64,000 nt of DNA from Vicugna vicugna (Eukaryota). The stretch spans positions 4,139,239 to 4,203,238 of the forward strand of contig MU058384.1 of NCBI GenBank assembly GCA_013265495.1. The letters are read 5' to 3'. How positions within the stretch are numbered: position 1 is the stretch's first letter; each line of letters starts with the position of its first letter. Below are positions 12,666 to 24,149 of the stretch, piece after piece. The translations under genes and the position numbers were made by a program. The notes below the pieces were generated by a model. That model had not been told where the DNA came from, did no database searches, and saw only the letters and a list, made by a program, of their open reading frames with translations.

Positions 12666-13275
12666 AAAGAAATAGGAACTTATTCATTTCACACTTGGGA
12701 GTAGACTTTCTGCATGACTAGACTCAGGGCAGCTGACTGAGCTTTCTAGCCTCGTCTCTCCGTGGATTTGCCTCTTCACCGCTCAGGCCATGCCCGTTTG
12801 CCAGATGCCCTGGGGCCTGGTCTTGCCCCAGTGCCTAGCTGTCGGCTAGTTCCCGTCAAGGTGGTGATGCAGTCATTTGTCCTGTCTGGAAAGCTCAGCT
12901 CTACATTTGTCCTGGCAGATTTTCCAAGTCCCCTTTTCCTACTACCTGAAAACTTCTGTAGTTTCTACAGTCTCTTAATTATCAACTGGGGTCTGATTTT
13001 CTTGATTCTGTGATAATGCATACTGTCTTTGACAAAATGTGTTCCATAAATAGGGACGTCCCTCAGAGAGTTTAGATTTCCTCTGCTTGGAGATTTTCTC
13101 TGCTCTGCTCTTCCACACCCTGGTGTGCTAGTCTCTGTTTTGGATTCCCAGATTTGTACCTGGCTCGGCCACGACCAACAGCCCCCTCCTTCCACCAACT
13201 GGTAAGACTTGGCCCCCAGGACACTGACAATTTAGTAGTAAGTAGAAGACACGAAGACTTCGAAGGAGACAAGAC

Positions 13276-13385
13276 TAGGGTGGCCAACCATTCCAGCTTG
13301 CTCTGGAGTGAGGGGTTTTTTCGGGATGGGGCAATTTCAGTGCTACAGCTGGGAGGGTCCCAGACAAACCAGGAGGACCACCCTA
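13276..13385 (+). mobile_element. MER81-like MITE (second copy)
   Basis: Terminal inverted repeats tagggtgg...ccacccta; internal tttcagtgcta...gtcccagacaaaccagga. Confidence 0.8.
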
Positions 13386-15178
13386 CAGAGGAATGGCCAG
13401 AAGACGTAGGGAGAAACATCAGGAGACTATGATGTGAATGAGAGTGTTCAGAGGAAGAAACAGTGGCCCCAAATGACAAAAGTTACAGAGACCATGTCAG
13501 ATAAGCATAGAAATGTCATCTGAATTAGGAAAGTTGAGAAGTATCAGGGGTACTTTTAAGATGGAAGTCAGACTACAGAGGTATTTAAGAGTTCATGAGA
13601 AGCGCAGACAGAGATACAGGATCTTTTGCAGACGTTTTTACGTAATGAGATTTTAGTTATTTTGCAACCTTGATTGATCTGTGCCAACTACCGTAAATGT
13701 ACATAAGGAGAGAAAATGATCGCAGTTTACTGGGTGACGGAAAAGTAAATTTGCTACTGTTTCTGTGCCCAAATTATTTCTGGTTATGTTTTGATAAGAT
13801 ATTATAATTTCCTAAGTGAACACATTTTAATTAATTGACCCAAGACTGTGAATAACCTGGGCCTTGAGTCCCACTGAATCTAGTGTAGGAAGTAATTCTT
13901 TCCCGTTCTCCTTTCCATAAATTTTACAAGCCTCTGATGGTTATTCTTCCTTTACATGTTTTTCACATGATTGGAAAATGAATAACTGCAGTATTGAGAT
14001 GTCAGAGTTAAGATGGAAAAAGGGCATTTAGACATCTTTGGAAATGGAGGAAAAATTAGAGAAGAGCATGAGGTGAGGTTGGAAAAGAGATGAAGGAGTC
14101 TGCCCAGAGCTTTGTGAAGAGGAGAGATGCCACCGGAAGTAGAGAGCCCTCGTTGAGACAGAGAGGGCTCCATTCTTCCTTGGCAGTTGCTGTCTGTGTC
14201 TTGTTTGGGACTCTCTCACCAAGACATTGGAAGTTGTCTTCATTTATTCCTAGTAACTTTTATGGCTCTGTGCTAAGCAGCTTAGTTTTTCTGCTTCACT
14301 AGCATGGACGACTGATGATGGAGGGGGCATGACCGAGCAAGAGCTACTTGAAAGAGGAGCTGGAGGTACACCTCTACTCCCAAGTGCTGGGTTCCAGGCC
14401 ACTCTGTCCACACCTTGGTCGGCCACCCCTGGATATTTCCATTTTTCACACACTCTCCTTTTGATATCTTTAAGTCTTCTATCACTATTTTGTCTGAGGT
14501 TCCATTTAGTTGAACAGTCATTCTTGGAGGACCTATTCTCTGCTAGACATTTTGATATATCCTGGGACTTGAAGAGAAGCATCACACAGTTTTAGGGAAG
14601 ACTGCTTTGGGAAGCATCGACTCCAAAGTTATGACAGTAATCTCGCAACATCTACCATGGAAGCAAAAACTTTCCGAAGCACACCTGGGCTCAGACTGAA
14701 ATGCCTGCTGAAAATACTGCTTACAGTGACCTTCCCTCCCTGAGCTCTGAGCAAGATGAGATCGGGAGAGCATGTTTTCATGTTTCCTGTTCACATGAGC
14801 AGTTAACAATTTTAAAGCTTATTAAGCTGCTAGTATGTGACCCCCACGGTTCTAACTCATCTGATCCTCATAACAAACCCATAAATGGTACTATTATTTC
14901 CCCATTGATGTAATAGAGGCACAAAGAGATTAAGAAAACGCTCAAGGGATAAACAGCTAGTGAGTGGCTAAGCTAGAATTCTAGTTCAGGTAATCAGCTT
15001 GTAAGCCACTCTTCGATGCTGCCTCTGCAGTGATTACCACTCGAAATCACTGTTTTGGAGGACAATTGCTGATTAATCAGAGAATGGGGGGTGGGTGGGA
15101 TGAGAAGAGTAACATTCCAAATGTTGAATTCTTTGGGTGAGTTTGAGGAATTACCATAACCATCTAAACCAAGCCATC

Positions 15179-15179
15179 C

Positions 15180-15208
<29 letters not shown>
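15179..15208. repeat. (TTTA)n microsatellite
   Basis: Read directly from the sequence. Confidence 0.9.
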
Positions 15209-15210
<2 letters not shown>

Positions 15211-17376
15211 AAACTGTTCATGGACTAGCCCAGTGTTCTAATATAACTTCAATGCATCGTGTGTTTCAGCCTAATAATTGCCAACATGGACCTCAGCTTG
15301 GACATTACTCTGTAGTTGAAATTGGTGCTTGCCCATGGGTAGTAGAATTACCATATAACTTTTACATTTCTAGAGAATATTGTATTATATGCCCTGTGGA
15401 TTCTAGGAGGAAGAAGGCCTCTGCACATTTGTTAGCAAAAGATGTCTGTGGTTGCATCTGAACATCTTTACTGAACTCTCTGGGATTCTAAATAAAAACT
15501 CCAAGAGGCCCTGGAGGCTTCTGGCAGCAAGGGCACTTTCAGGAAAATAGAGATATTTTATTGTCTAGCAAGTTTTCAAATTCTAAGAACAGCCTCTTTG
15601 TTAAATGAAACATTAATGAGAAATCACCATACAACAGGGAGGCTGTCTAAATGATCACTCTCCTCGTGTTCTCCGCTGCTTTTCAGAGCCAACTCTGATT
15701 AGATGTAGAAGGGCTTGCGTGGAGCCTTTTCTTCTAGCTGTTTTCTGGGCCTCTTTTTCTTCCCGGACTGAGTGTGGCCGGACACAGCACTCTGAACTTA
15801 GATTAAAATCTGGATGTCACCTGACGGGTACCTTACAAAGAGAGTACATGCATTTCCAATATGTAACTGGAAGGATTTATCAAAAAAGTATCCACTTTTA
15901 GTCTCTGCTGCTGCATGTAGTTCTCTGTCATTAAAGAGTGGCCCATTCGGTTGGTCAGGGGTAAATTTCCATTTTTCAGACCAATTATACCCCTCGTTTT
16001 CATCCAGAAAACTGGCAGGTCTGATGGCCCTCCCTGTCACAGCAAGCTGCCTGGGGTCACAGCTGACCTCTGGGGACACAGTACAAAGGAGACTTGAAAG
16101 GTGTTAGCTACAGACCCCATCACCACCTCCAGACTGCACACAGAATCCGTAACAGCAGTATTGCTGGGCTTGGAGTCTCAAAGGGAGAAGCAGAGGTGGT
16201 TGTAAACCATGATCTCCTGGCTGTTTTTTCTTCTTAAAGAGCCTGCTCCCACCACCCCTTCTCAGCCCAGGCTCTTCAGGTTTGGCTCTCCTACACTCTG
16301 TGGGTACCCGCATGCAAATTGCTGACGCCCAGAACCTTCGTGGGACCATCGCAGTCAATCCAGACCAAGAGTCACTTCTTCTAAGAGCTCGGTTTCCCTT
16401 TTTGTCTAAGGCTTGGAAGTGAATCTAGGAGGACCCTGTAAATCCCTGAGAGTCTCCTTCCAGCCACAGAGGGAGTGTTGGGACTAACCTTGGGGCAATC
16501 TAATGGCCAGCTGAATCCGCCCTCCCTCACCTGGTTAACCACCTAAGAACAATGCTGTCTCCATTCAGTATCCTCTCCCCTGTCCTCATACCCCATGCTA
16601 TCCTGATCTGACCTTCTTTTACCAGAGTCCTCCTTCCAGACCCTTGTATTACATTCTCTGGAGCTGCCAGACCAGATAAACACACACTTACACTATCTCT
16701 GCACCTGGCATTTCTTTATCCTTCATACTTCAATAGAATACTGCCCCCCAACCCCACCCAAAGACACTGCTTTTGAGATGCCTCTCAAATGGCGGCCATC
16801 CATCGCCAACTGCCCTTCATGTCAGTGCTGGTAAGTGGGCTTGGTGCCCCTTACGTCTTACTGTCACTTCTGGACCATTAGTCCTCTACCTTCGCTGAGA
16901 GATCAAAAACTCAAAGACTCTTCTTGGGGTTCCTGCCATGAAGCAGTCCTACCTCCTTGTCTCTGCTAATATCTGACATTCCATATTCTCTGTTTCAGTT
17001 ACTGGAGAAGCCCTGGGCTTTTCACCCCAAGTCCTGTGTGACGTGACCTTGGCATGAAGTCGATAACTCATCTGTCACCAGGTCTTTTTGTTCCTTATCT
17101 ATATAACTTTCTCCCCACATTCCTGAAGCTACCCTCCGAGACCTTTCCTCACATCAAATTGCTTTGCTTCCAAAATAATAAATGAATGAATGGATTGGAG
17201 TATCTAGAACATTAATGATGGTGAGAGAATGAAGAAGTTGAAATGTGGAGTAAGACCCACCTGGCACCTCCAGGTGGCAGATGCCAGCAGGATTTTGAAG
17301 ACTTTTTTTTTTTTTCTCTCCTGAGACAGATCTGAATTAGTAAGGAAAGAAAATAGGAGAAAGAAACAAAGATGTA

Positions 17377-17554
17377 GGGGGAGGGTATAGCCCAGTGGTA
17401 GAGCCCACGCTTAGTACGTACAATGTACTTGCACGAGGTCCTGGGTTCAATCCCCAGTTCCTCTATTAAGCAAACAAACAAATAAATAAATAAACAAATA
17501 AATAAGTGAACCCAATTGCCCAAAATTAAAATTAAAAAACCCTGAAAATAAAAG
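17377..17554 (+). mobile_element. Camelid tRNA-derived SINE (vic-1-like) with 13-bp TSD
   Basis: A box tagcccagtggtagagc, B box gggttcaatccc, A-rich tail; TSD gaaacaaagatgt at 17363-17375 and 17555-17567. Confidence 0.9.
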
Positions 17555-17698
17555 GAAACAAAGATGTGCTTTTGATCCTCCTTCCTGTAACATTTCTCCA
17601 GACTATCCCTCCAAATATGCAAAAACCACTGTATCTCAAACCTGAAGCAATCTGTCCAGTAGCCTCATTTAGGAGAAGTCTGAAAGCTGTGTATATAC

Positions 17699-17722
17699 TG
17701 TGTGTGTGTGTGTGTGTGTGTG
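17699..17722. repeat. (TG)n microsatellite
   Basis: Read directly from the sequence. Confidence 0.9.
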
Positions 17723-17782
17723 GCCAGGATGGTACGGTGAGAGGAAAGCATGGGGTGGAGGTGTGAGGAGTGTCCAGTCATC

Positions 17783-18234
17783 CCGGGTTGAACAGCAGTC
17801 CCCCCACCACCCGCCCTCAGCATCCATGTCCACCCAGAACCTCAGAATGTGACCTTCCTTGGAAATAAAGTCTTATAGCTGTAATTATTTAAGATGAGAT
17901 CAGACTAGATGAGGGTGGATCCTAATTCCATGACTAGTTTCTTTAAAATAAGAGAAAACAGACACAGAGGCCCAGGGAAGAAGGTCAGCTGAGGACAGAG
18001 GTAGAAATTGAAGTTATGTTGCCTCAACCCAAGGAACACCAATGATTGCTGGCAACCACCAGAAGCTAGAGGAGGCAAGAAAGGATTCTTTCTGGAGCCT
18101 TTGGAGGGAGCTCGGCTCTGATGACACCCTGGTCTCAGGCTTCAGCCTCTAAGGCTGTGAGAGAAAACGTTTTTGTTGTTTGAAGCCTCCCAGTTTGTGG
18201 TAATTGGGTACAGCAGCCCTAAGACACTAATACA
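17783..18234 (+). mobile_element. MaLR LTR (MLT1C/D-like)
   Basis: cagaatgtgacctt...ggaaata, caccagaagctagaggaggcaag, cccagtttgtggtaatt...cagcagccctaagacactaataca. Confidence 0.9.
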
Positions 18235-18462
18235 GGAGGGGAGTATTCATTTTTTTCAGTTTGGTTATTCTTCCTTAAATGCTTATTTTCCTTCGCATGT
18301 TAAAGAAAAATCAATAGCCACTCACTCACCTTGCTGTTTCTCCTCCTTGTCTCCTGTCTCCATCAACAGCATCTTTAGGTTAGAAGGATTGAATAATCTC
18401 TTGCAGCAAATGGAACATAGCACCACCAGTGCTTTTAGTCGATAAAACCTACAAAGTGTCAA

Positions 18463-18893
18463 TGTAACCAAGTAAGACCTGTGGGGCCTTCCCAGGACAG
18501 ATCCTCTGCTTTATCTCCTCTGAAGTACCCAGATAATAGTATCTTATGTATACTGCCTGAGTTTTTCAGATGCTAAAAACCGCCACCAAATGGAAGAAAT
18601 TAACTCCCTGAAGATCATGAGCACATAGCTCCCAGATCTGGCGCCTAAGGATTGATCACCATCAACCAATTAGAGAATTGTGCACAGCTGATCACATACT
18701 CAGTGACGCCCCTCCGTCAGCTGGCCTTTAAAAATGCTCAGCTGAAACCCTTTGGGGAGTCTGGGGGTTTCTAGGGCACGAGCCACCCGCTCTCCTTGCT
18801 TGGCCCTGCAACAAACCTCTCTCTGCTTCAAACTCCGGACGTTTCGTTTGGCCTCACAGGGTGCTGGGGACACAAACTCGCAAACTTGTAAAA
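18463..18893 (+). mobile_element. ERV1-like solo LTR
   Basis: Starts tgtaacc; CCAAT, tttaaaaa TATA-like box, decayed poly(A) signal gcaacaaacc and a U5-like end. No TSD recognised. Confidence 0.75.
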
Positions 18894-20669
18894 TATCTAT
18901 TATTACTGTTTCTGAAATGAAGTTAAGCCTCAGAGAGCACTTCTTACAAGTGATTTGACTTACATGGACAAAGTTGAATGACATCCTTGACATCTTCCAA
19001 GAGCGCAGCGTTCCTTTCGCCAATCATGTGCAAAAAATGTGCATCCTTGAATCACTTAGCTCTGAACATAACAGGGAAGAAACAATCACGTCCAGTCATG
19101 GCTTGCTGTGTGGCTTGTTTTCCAGCCCCAGGAAAACCTTACCAACACGCAGTAGGTACTTTTGATATTCCAGTCAGCTGTCCTCCTCTCACCCCTCAAA
19201 CCCAGCGCACTTTTCCACGGCACTCGCCCAGACCCAGACTCTCAGCTGCCTGAGGCCCGGCGCACAGCCCTTGCTCTGGGGCCTGCCTGCCCCCTCGAAG
19301 GCTCTCCTCATCTCTTCCTGCTCAGAGGCTGGTACCAGAGCCTCTGGGATTCACTGTGTAGGGATTAACAACCTCCCTCAGGGCAGCGGCCTGCGCCTGC
19401 CTGCCTGCCTGCCTCTTACGTAGGTGATTACGTAGGTGGGAGTTAGACACGCCCTCAATCATGCTTAAGAATTGGAAACCCGCTGTTAAAGCTAAAGTTG
19501 ACTGGAGTGGAAAAAATAAAACCCCAAAAAACTCAACCTTCCCATTAGAGTTTAGGATAAAGAAAGCTTCAGATGCAGAGGTAGTTTTTGGTAAGCTTTT
19601 AGTGGGGTGATTAATATGATTAATACATTTTTAACAACTAAAGTCAGTAGAAGCATCTAAGAAGTATCTTGTGGCATGTCATGTAATCCGAGTATTGATA
19701 GGTCTCTCAGAACTTCTTGTTCTTCCCTAAGTTAGTCATGTCAACACTGGAAAATCTGTAATTCTGGAATGTATTTCTCACTCATGCTAGTATATGACAG
19801 TATTGGTATTTTGTTTTCATTTGTAAGTTATTTTTCTTCAAATGTGGATGAAAGTCCGTTGAAACGTTAAGTCTGACTCTCTGGTTAGAAAGATCCACAC
19901 AAAAATATAGCAGTGGGAAGTGGGAAGGAATCAATAACCCTAAGAACTGACCCTTCATTTTGGTCCATTAGGCTTACTTTGCTGACATCTTAAAAAAATG
20001 CACATGTAATTGCTTCCTGGCGGGGGGGAGCAGGAGTTGGTTATGTGTGATCTCAAGTGCTTGAAACAAAGATAAAATAGGAGACATCTGCTGCTGTCAT
20101 GTTCTTTTCAAATGATGAGGATTGGGATTTATCTCCATCTTTTCTTGGATTGTGTATTACAAAGAGGCCTTTTATTAGTGCTGCAAAGGAAGCAATTGTG
20201 TGGTTCTTCTCTAAGTTTCTTTTCCATTTGGATGGAAGAAAAAAACTAGAAATCTTTGGGCATCAAGCTCTTCAGGAGACTTGGCTTTGCTCTTACCACA
20301 GAAGAGTAGGCTCATGAACTGGGAGGAGAAAACCTATTGCCTTCCTAAATCATGTTCCTAGAAACCATGTGAGTCTACCAGACAGAAATGAGCAAAATCG
20401 AAAAACAACATCGACATTCAAATTATTTGGACATTTATTGTTACAATCAGAACTTACCTGTTTGGATTTAAATGTTAATATATTCTGACATGATGTTCAA
20501 TTTATCAATCAAAGATAAGTTCTTTATTTAAGAAGTGTTTGTTTTGTATTTTCTGTTCTGCACTACGGAGAATCTTTTAAAAAGGACAGTTATACCTGTT
20601 ATCAAGGAATGTACAGGTGGGGTCTGAGAGGGCAACGGGCGGCGAGGGAGAGGCTGGTCTTTGCTAATA

Positions 20670-20880
20670 CTCACTGATGCTTTTTGTGTGCCAGGCACTG
20701 TTCAAAATGCTTATGTGCATGCACTCTTTCAATCTTCAGAAACTCTGTGAAATAGGTGATATTTTTATCATCGTTTTACCGATGAAGAAATGGAGACACC
20801 AAAAGTTTGGAAACTTGCTCAAGGTCAGACACCTCGTAAGTGGTAAAATCAAGCCACAAACTCAGGCAAGTTAACCACAA
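20670..20880 (-). mobile_element. MIR SINE
   Basis: gtgtgccaggcactgtt...ttttaccgatgaagaaatggagac...cttgctcaaggtca. Confidence 0.85.
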
Positions 20881-21819
20881 TATTGTATTACATCTCAAGT
20901 TGGGCAGAAAATACACATGTATATCAATAAGAATAAATAACTAATAATCATGAACAAAACTAAAGCAAATGATAAATGGGGAGATAAAATAATAAATGGA
21001 GAGATCATTCTGGGTTGATGTGGTCCAGGAAGTCTTCATGATAAGAAACCAAACTGGATCCGAACAGTATTATTTCTGTCACCTTGTTGGAGCTGTCCGT
21101 TAGCATATGGGCGGTTCTGAAAAGTACGCAGGAGAGAAACCTGGGTGTTTAATCCATTGTTTCTCAAACTTCTCTGGCTGTGAAGCCTTTTTTTTTTTTT
21201 TCAGGGAATGCTTAATAAACATTTCTAGTGTATGCATTTTCCAGCATAGTTTGGGAGAACAGAATTTATTTTAAGGTCGTCTATTTACAGAAACTCTCCT
21301 GGACTCCTCTGCCTCTGCTGTCAGCGGCTAGAAAGGATCTAAAATTACAAGGGGGAAGGGCCACTGGAAATTTCTATGGATAGAATTTCTAGGATATGCG
21401 TGGAATTCATGAAAACTTGACAGGTTACCAAATTTTGTTTGTTGACTGAATAACGGGTTGTATTATCATTCCCTCTAGCAAAGGCTTAGCTTAAACACAC
21501 TGATTCTCTCTGGCTGGGCTGAGGAGTATTCACTTTACAATCAGAAAAGACAGCTCCTTATTTCTCCCTGCTCTTACTCATGTATCCTTAGTACCCTAGG
21601 AACACTGTCTTCTTCTATAATCATTGTTTTACAATATGTTGTCCATATTATAAGGACTGTTTTATGGTCAAACAATTCACCTATAACTCTAATCATGATC
21701 AGTGTCTCTTAATGGGCCTTGTGGGGTTTTTTGCACAAAAGTTGTACAAACTAGAGAAAGCTAAAGTCATGTCCCGTCTCCCATTTTGTAATTTTTTTTC
21801 CTTAAGTGATGTCAGAATT

Positions 21820-22040
21820 TGTATTTGTTGAGAACTCCATTTCTGCTAGAAACCATGCTATGTGTTTATGTATGTTCTCTAATTTTGACCTCACAACTGC
21901 CCTGGGAGGTAGGTGTTACTCTCATTTTATACATGAGGAAATGGAGGTACAGAGAGATTAAATGAACTGCCTGGGGTTAAACAGCGAATGATAATGAGGG
22001 ATTTGAATTCTGGTCTGTCTGATGCCAAACCCCACACTTT
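21820..22040 (-). mobile_element. MIR SINE, interrupted at its end by the younger SINE
   Basis: ctcattttatacatgaggaaatggagg...ggatttgaattctggtctgtctga. Confidence 0.8.
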
Positions 22041-22143
22041 TCTAAATTTAAATTTTTTTTTTTTAATGGAGGTACTGGGGATTGAACCTAGGACCTTGCG
22101 CATGCTAAGCATGTGCTCTACCACTGAGCTATATACATCCCCA
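22041..22143 (-). mobile_element. Camelid tRNA-derived SINE (vic-1-like)
   Basis: poly-T then ggaggtactggggattgaacctaggacc...tgctctaccactgagctata; TSD caaaccccacacttt (22026-22040) / caaagcccgcacttt (22144-22158), 13/15 identical. Confidence 0.92.
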
Positions 22144-23334
22144 CAAAGCCCGCACTTTGGGAACTCTACCACACCACTTCTTTAAAAGGAAAAAATTACT
22201 GGAGATTAAATCAGCACCTGCGATACTAGAATTTAAATCATTTCAGGCAACCGAATCAAACATACATCTTCACTTAAGTGACTAAGCAAGGCAATCATGC
22301 ATCCTTAGACCATATCAGCTAAAACTTAAAAATTTGAAAATAATCTCTCTAGCTTACTTAAAAAAAACAAAACAAAAAAAACCCATCATGGACTGTTTCA
22401 CAGCTAAAAGCCCTTTGTTTAGTCATTATTCAAATGTTTGTCCATCACGTTCCCACGGAGGCAGGACTGAGTCTTAGTGCCTCTGCTTTCTGCCCTGCTC
22501 CAGGAGAGACAGTAAGCGTTAGCTGAGAATATGTCTGGAAATGTGTGATGAGTGGGCCAAGTGCTTCCTGGAGGCACCAACCCGTGTCTGCTCCTGCAGA
22601 GCCTGTGAAAGCTCAGCAACCCTTGGGGGGACTGGCACAGAGGAGCAGAGCGAGCCATCACCAACCAGAACTGGGGCTTTGCTGCCATAGATGCAAAGGA
22701 GATAAATGACTCTCATTTTGTTTTTAGGAGCTGTTTCCTTCACAGAAATTTCTGACGAAACTGCAAATGAAAGATACACTATCTTCTAGTCCAGAATGTA
22801 GAGGGATAAACAGAAAAGCAGGCTGTGGTGAAGGCAGAGTTTTCATCAGGTAAACTTTTACCCATCCTTGCCAATAAATAAGTACATAAATTAACCAAGC
22901 TGTTTAAAAAATGTAAAAATGAGCCTGACTTCCCAGTGTAAAACCACCAGCATTTCTTTACTACATTTCTCTACTGTATATTCTCCACATATGTGTGAAT
23001 CACTATTTGTCCAGCATCTTTTAATTTAAGAGGAGAGAACTTGCATCTCTTAAAAGCCAATCATGAACCAGAGTGCTGGGTGCTTTTTGTGAGCAATCTC
23101 TCTTAACTGCCACAACAAAAGCATAAAGATGTGACTGTCTGGAAATAATCTGTAGAGGTTCACTAACTTGCCTGAAGTCGCAGAATAAGTCAGTGACAGA
23201 ATCAAGATTGGGACCACTTCTCTCCCCAAAGCTTATCTGTGTTACATTACGCTGTTGTCCAGGAGCCGAGCTCTCACTGACGTTCTCAGGAAATCTCCCA
23301 GAAGAGTTCTCTGGTGATGCCAATCTCTGACCCA

Positions 23335-23435
23335 AGTCTGTGAGCTTCTGGAGGGACTGGGTATTTCTGTATCCCAAGTATTTAGCACAACCTCTGGCAC
23401 ATAGTAGATCCTGAATCATATATTTGTTGAATTAA
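23335..23435 (+). mobile_element. L2 3' end fragment
   Basis: ctgtgagcttctggaggg...ctggcacatagtag...atatttgttgaat. Confidence 0.7.
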
Positions 23436-24149
23436 GTTCAATTTACTGACGTAGGCTTGGCCTTTTTGACAATGCTTCTGTTAGGTTCCCAGGTACATTT
23501 GAAAGTCATGCCTGAACTTTACTTGGAAAACCACGTATGATTTTGATTTAACGATATAGAATGTTGACAAATTAAAAAAGTGACTTTATATTCAGACATG
23601 GGGAAGCACTAAGGAATCAGTGAGGTTCCGAATACAAATCTTATTGAAGAGAATAAGAATGAAGAGAATATGTAAAGATGTAACACTGTTTCTGTGAAAC
23701 GTGATTAGTGTTTTTTTTTTAATCTCCTCCATTTCCAGATAGATTTAGACTCTCAGCTTTCCTGCCTGAACTCTGCTACTGTTCTTGGTGGCTTCCAATC
23801 CTGAAATGCAAGACCATATTTTTCACAAGTAATTCTTGAATTGAGTCCGCTATGTTTTCACAATGTAAAACATTGTACCCGATTCTCATTCATATGTGAG
23901 TTTGACAAATGTGAATCAGAAAAAAAATCAGGGCTCAGGGGAAATGCAGAGCTGAACGGTGGCCTTTTTTCCCTTCTCTTGGCATTGACTGGTGAATAAT
24001 GGTTTCACTGACATGGCTGTTTCTACAACCCCCCAGTGGAATGAGTCACCTGGACCATGTCTGCATCTGTGCTCTTGACCTTGACCGTGAATCTGATTGG
24101 TTGGCTGGTAACATGTTACCTGGTGAGAATCAGGATATTTTCATAGTGT

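Noticed and set aside
13950..14913. Cluster of overlapping 70-111 aa ORFs suggesting a processed pseudogene
   Set aside because: No recognisable protein, poly-A tail or TSD
17377..17460. tRNA-like A/B boxes here and at 22070-22143 and 44040-44116
   Set aside because: They have tails and TSDs and no proper acceptor stem, so they are SINEs rather than tRNA genes
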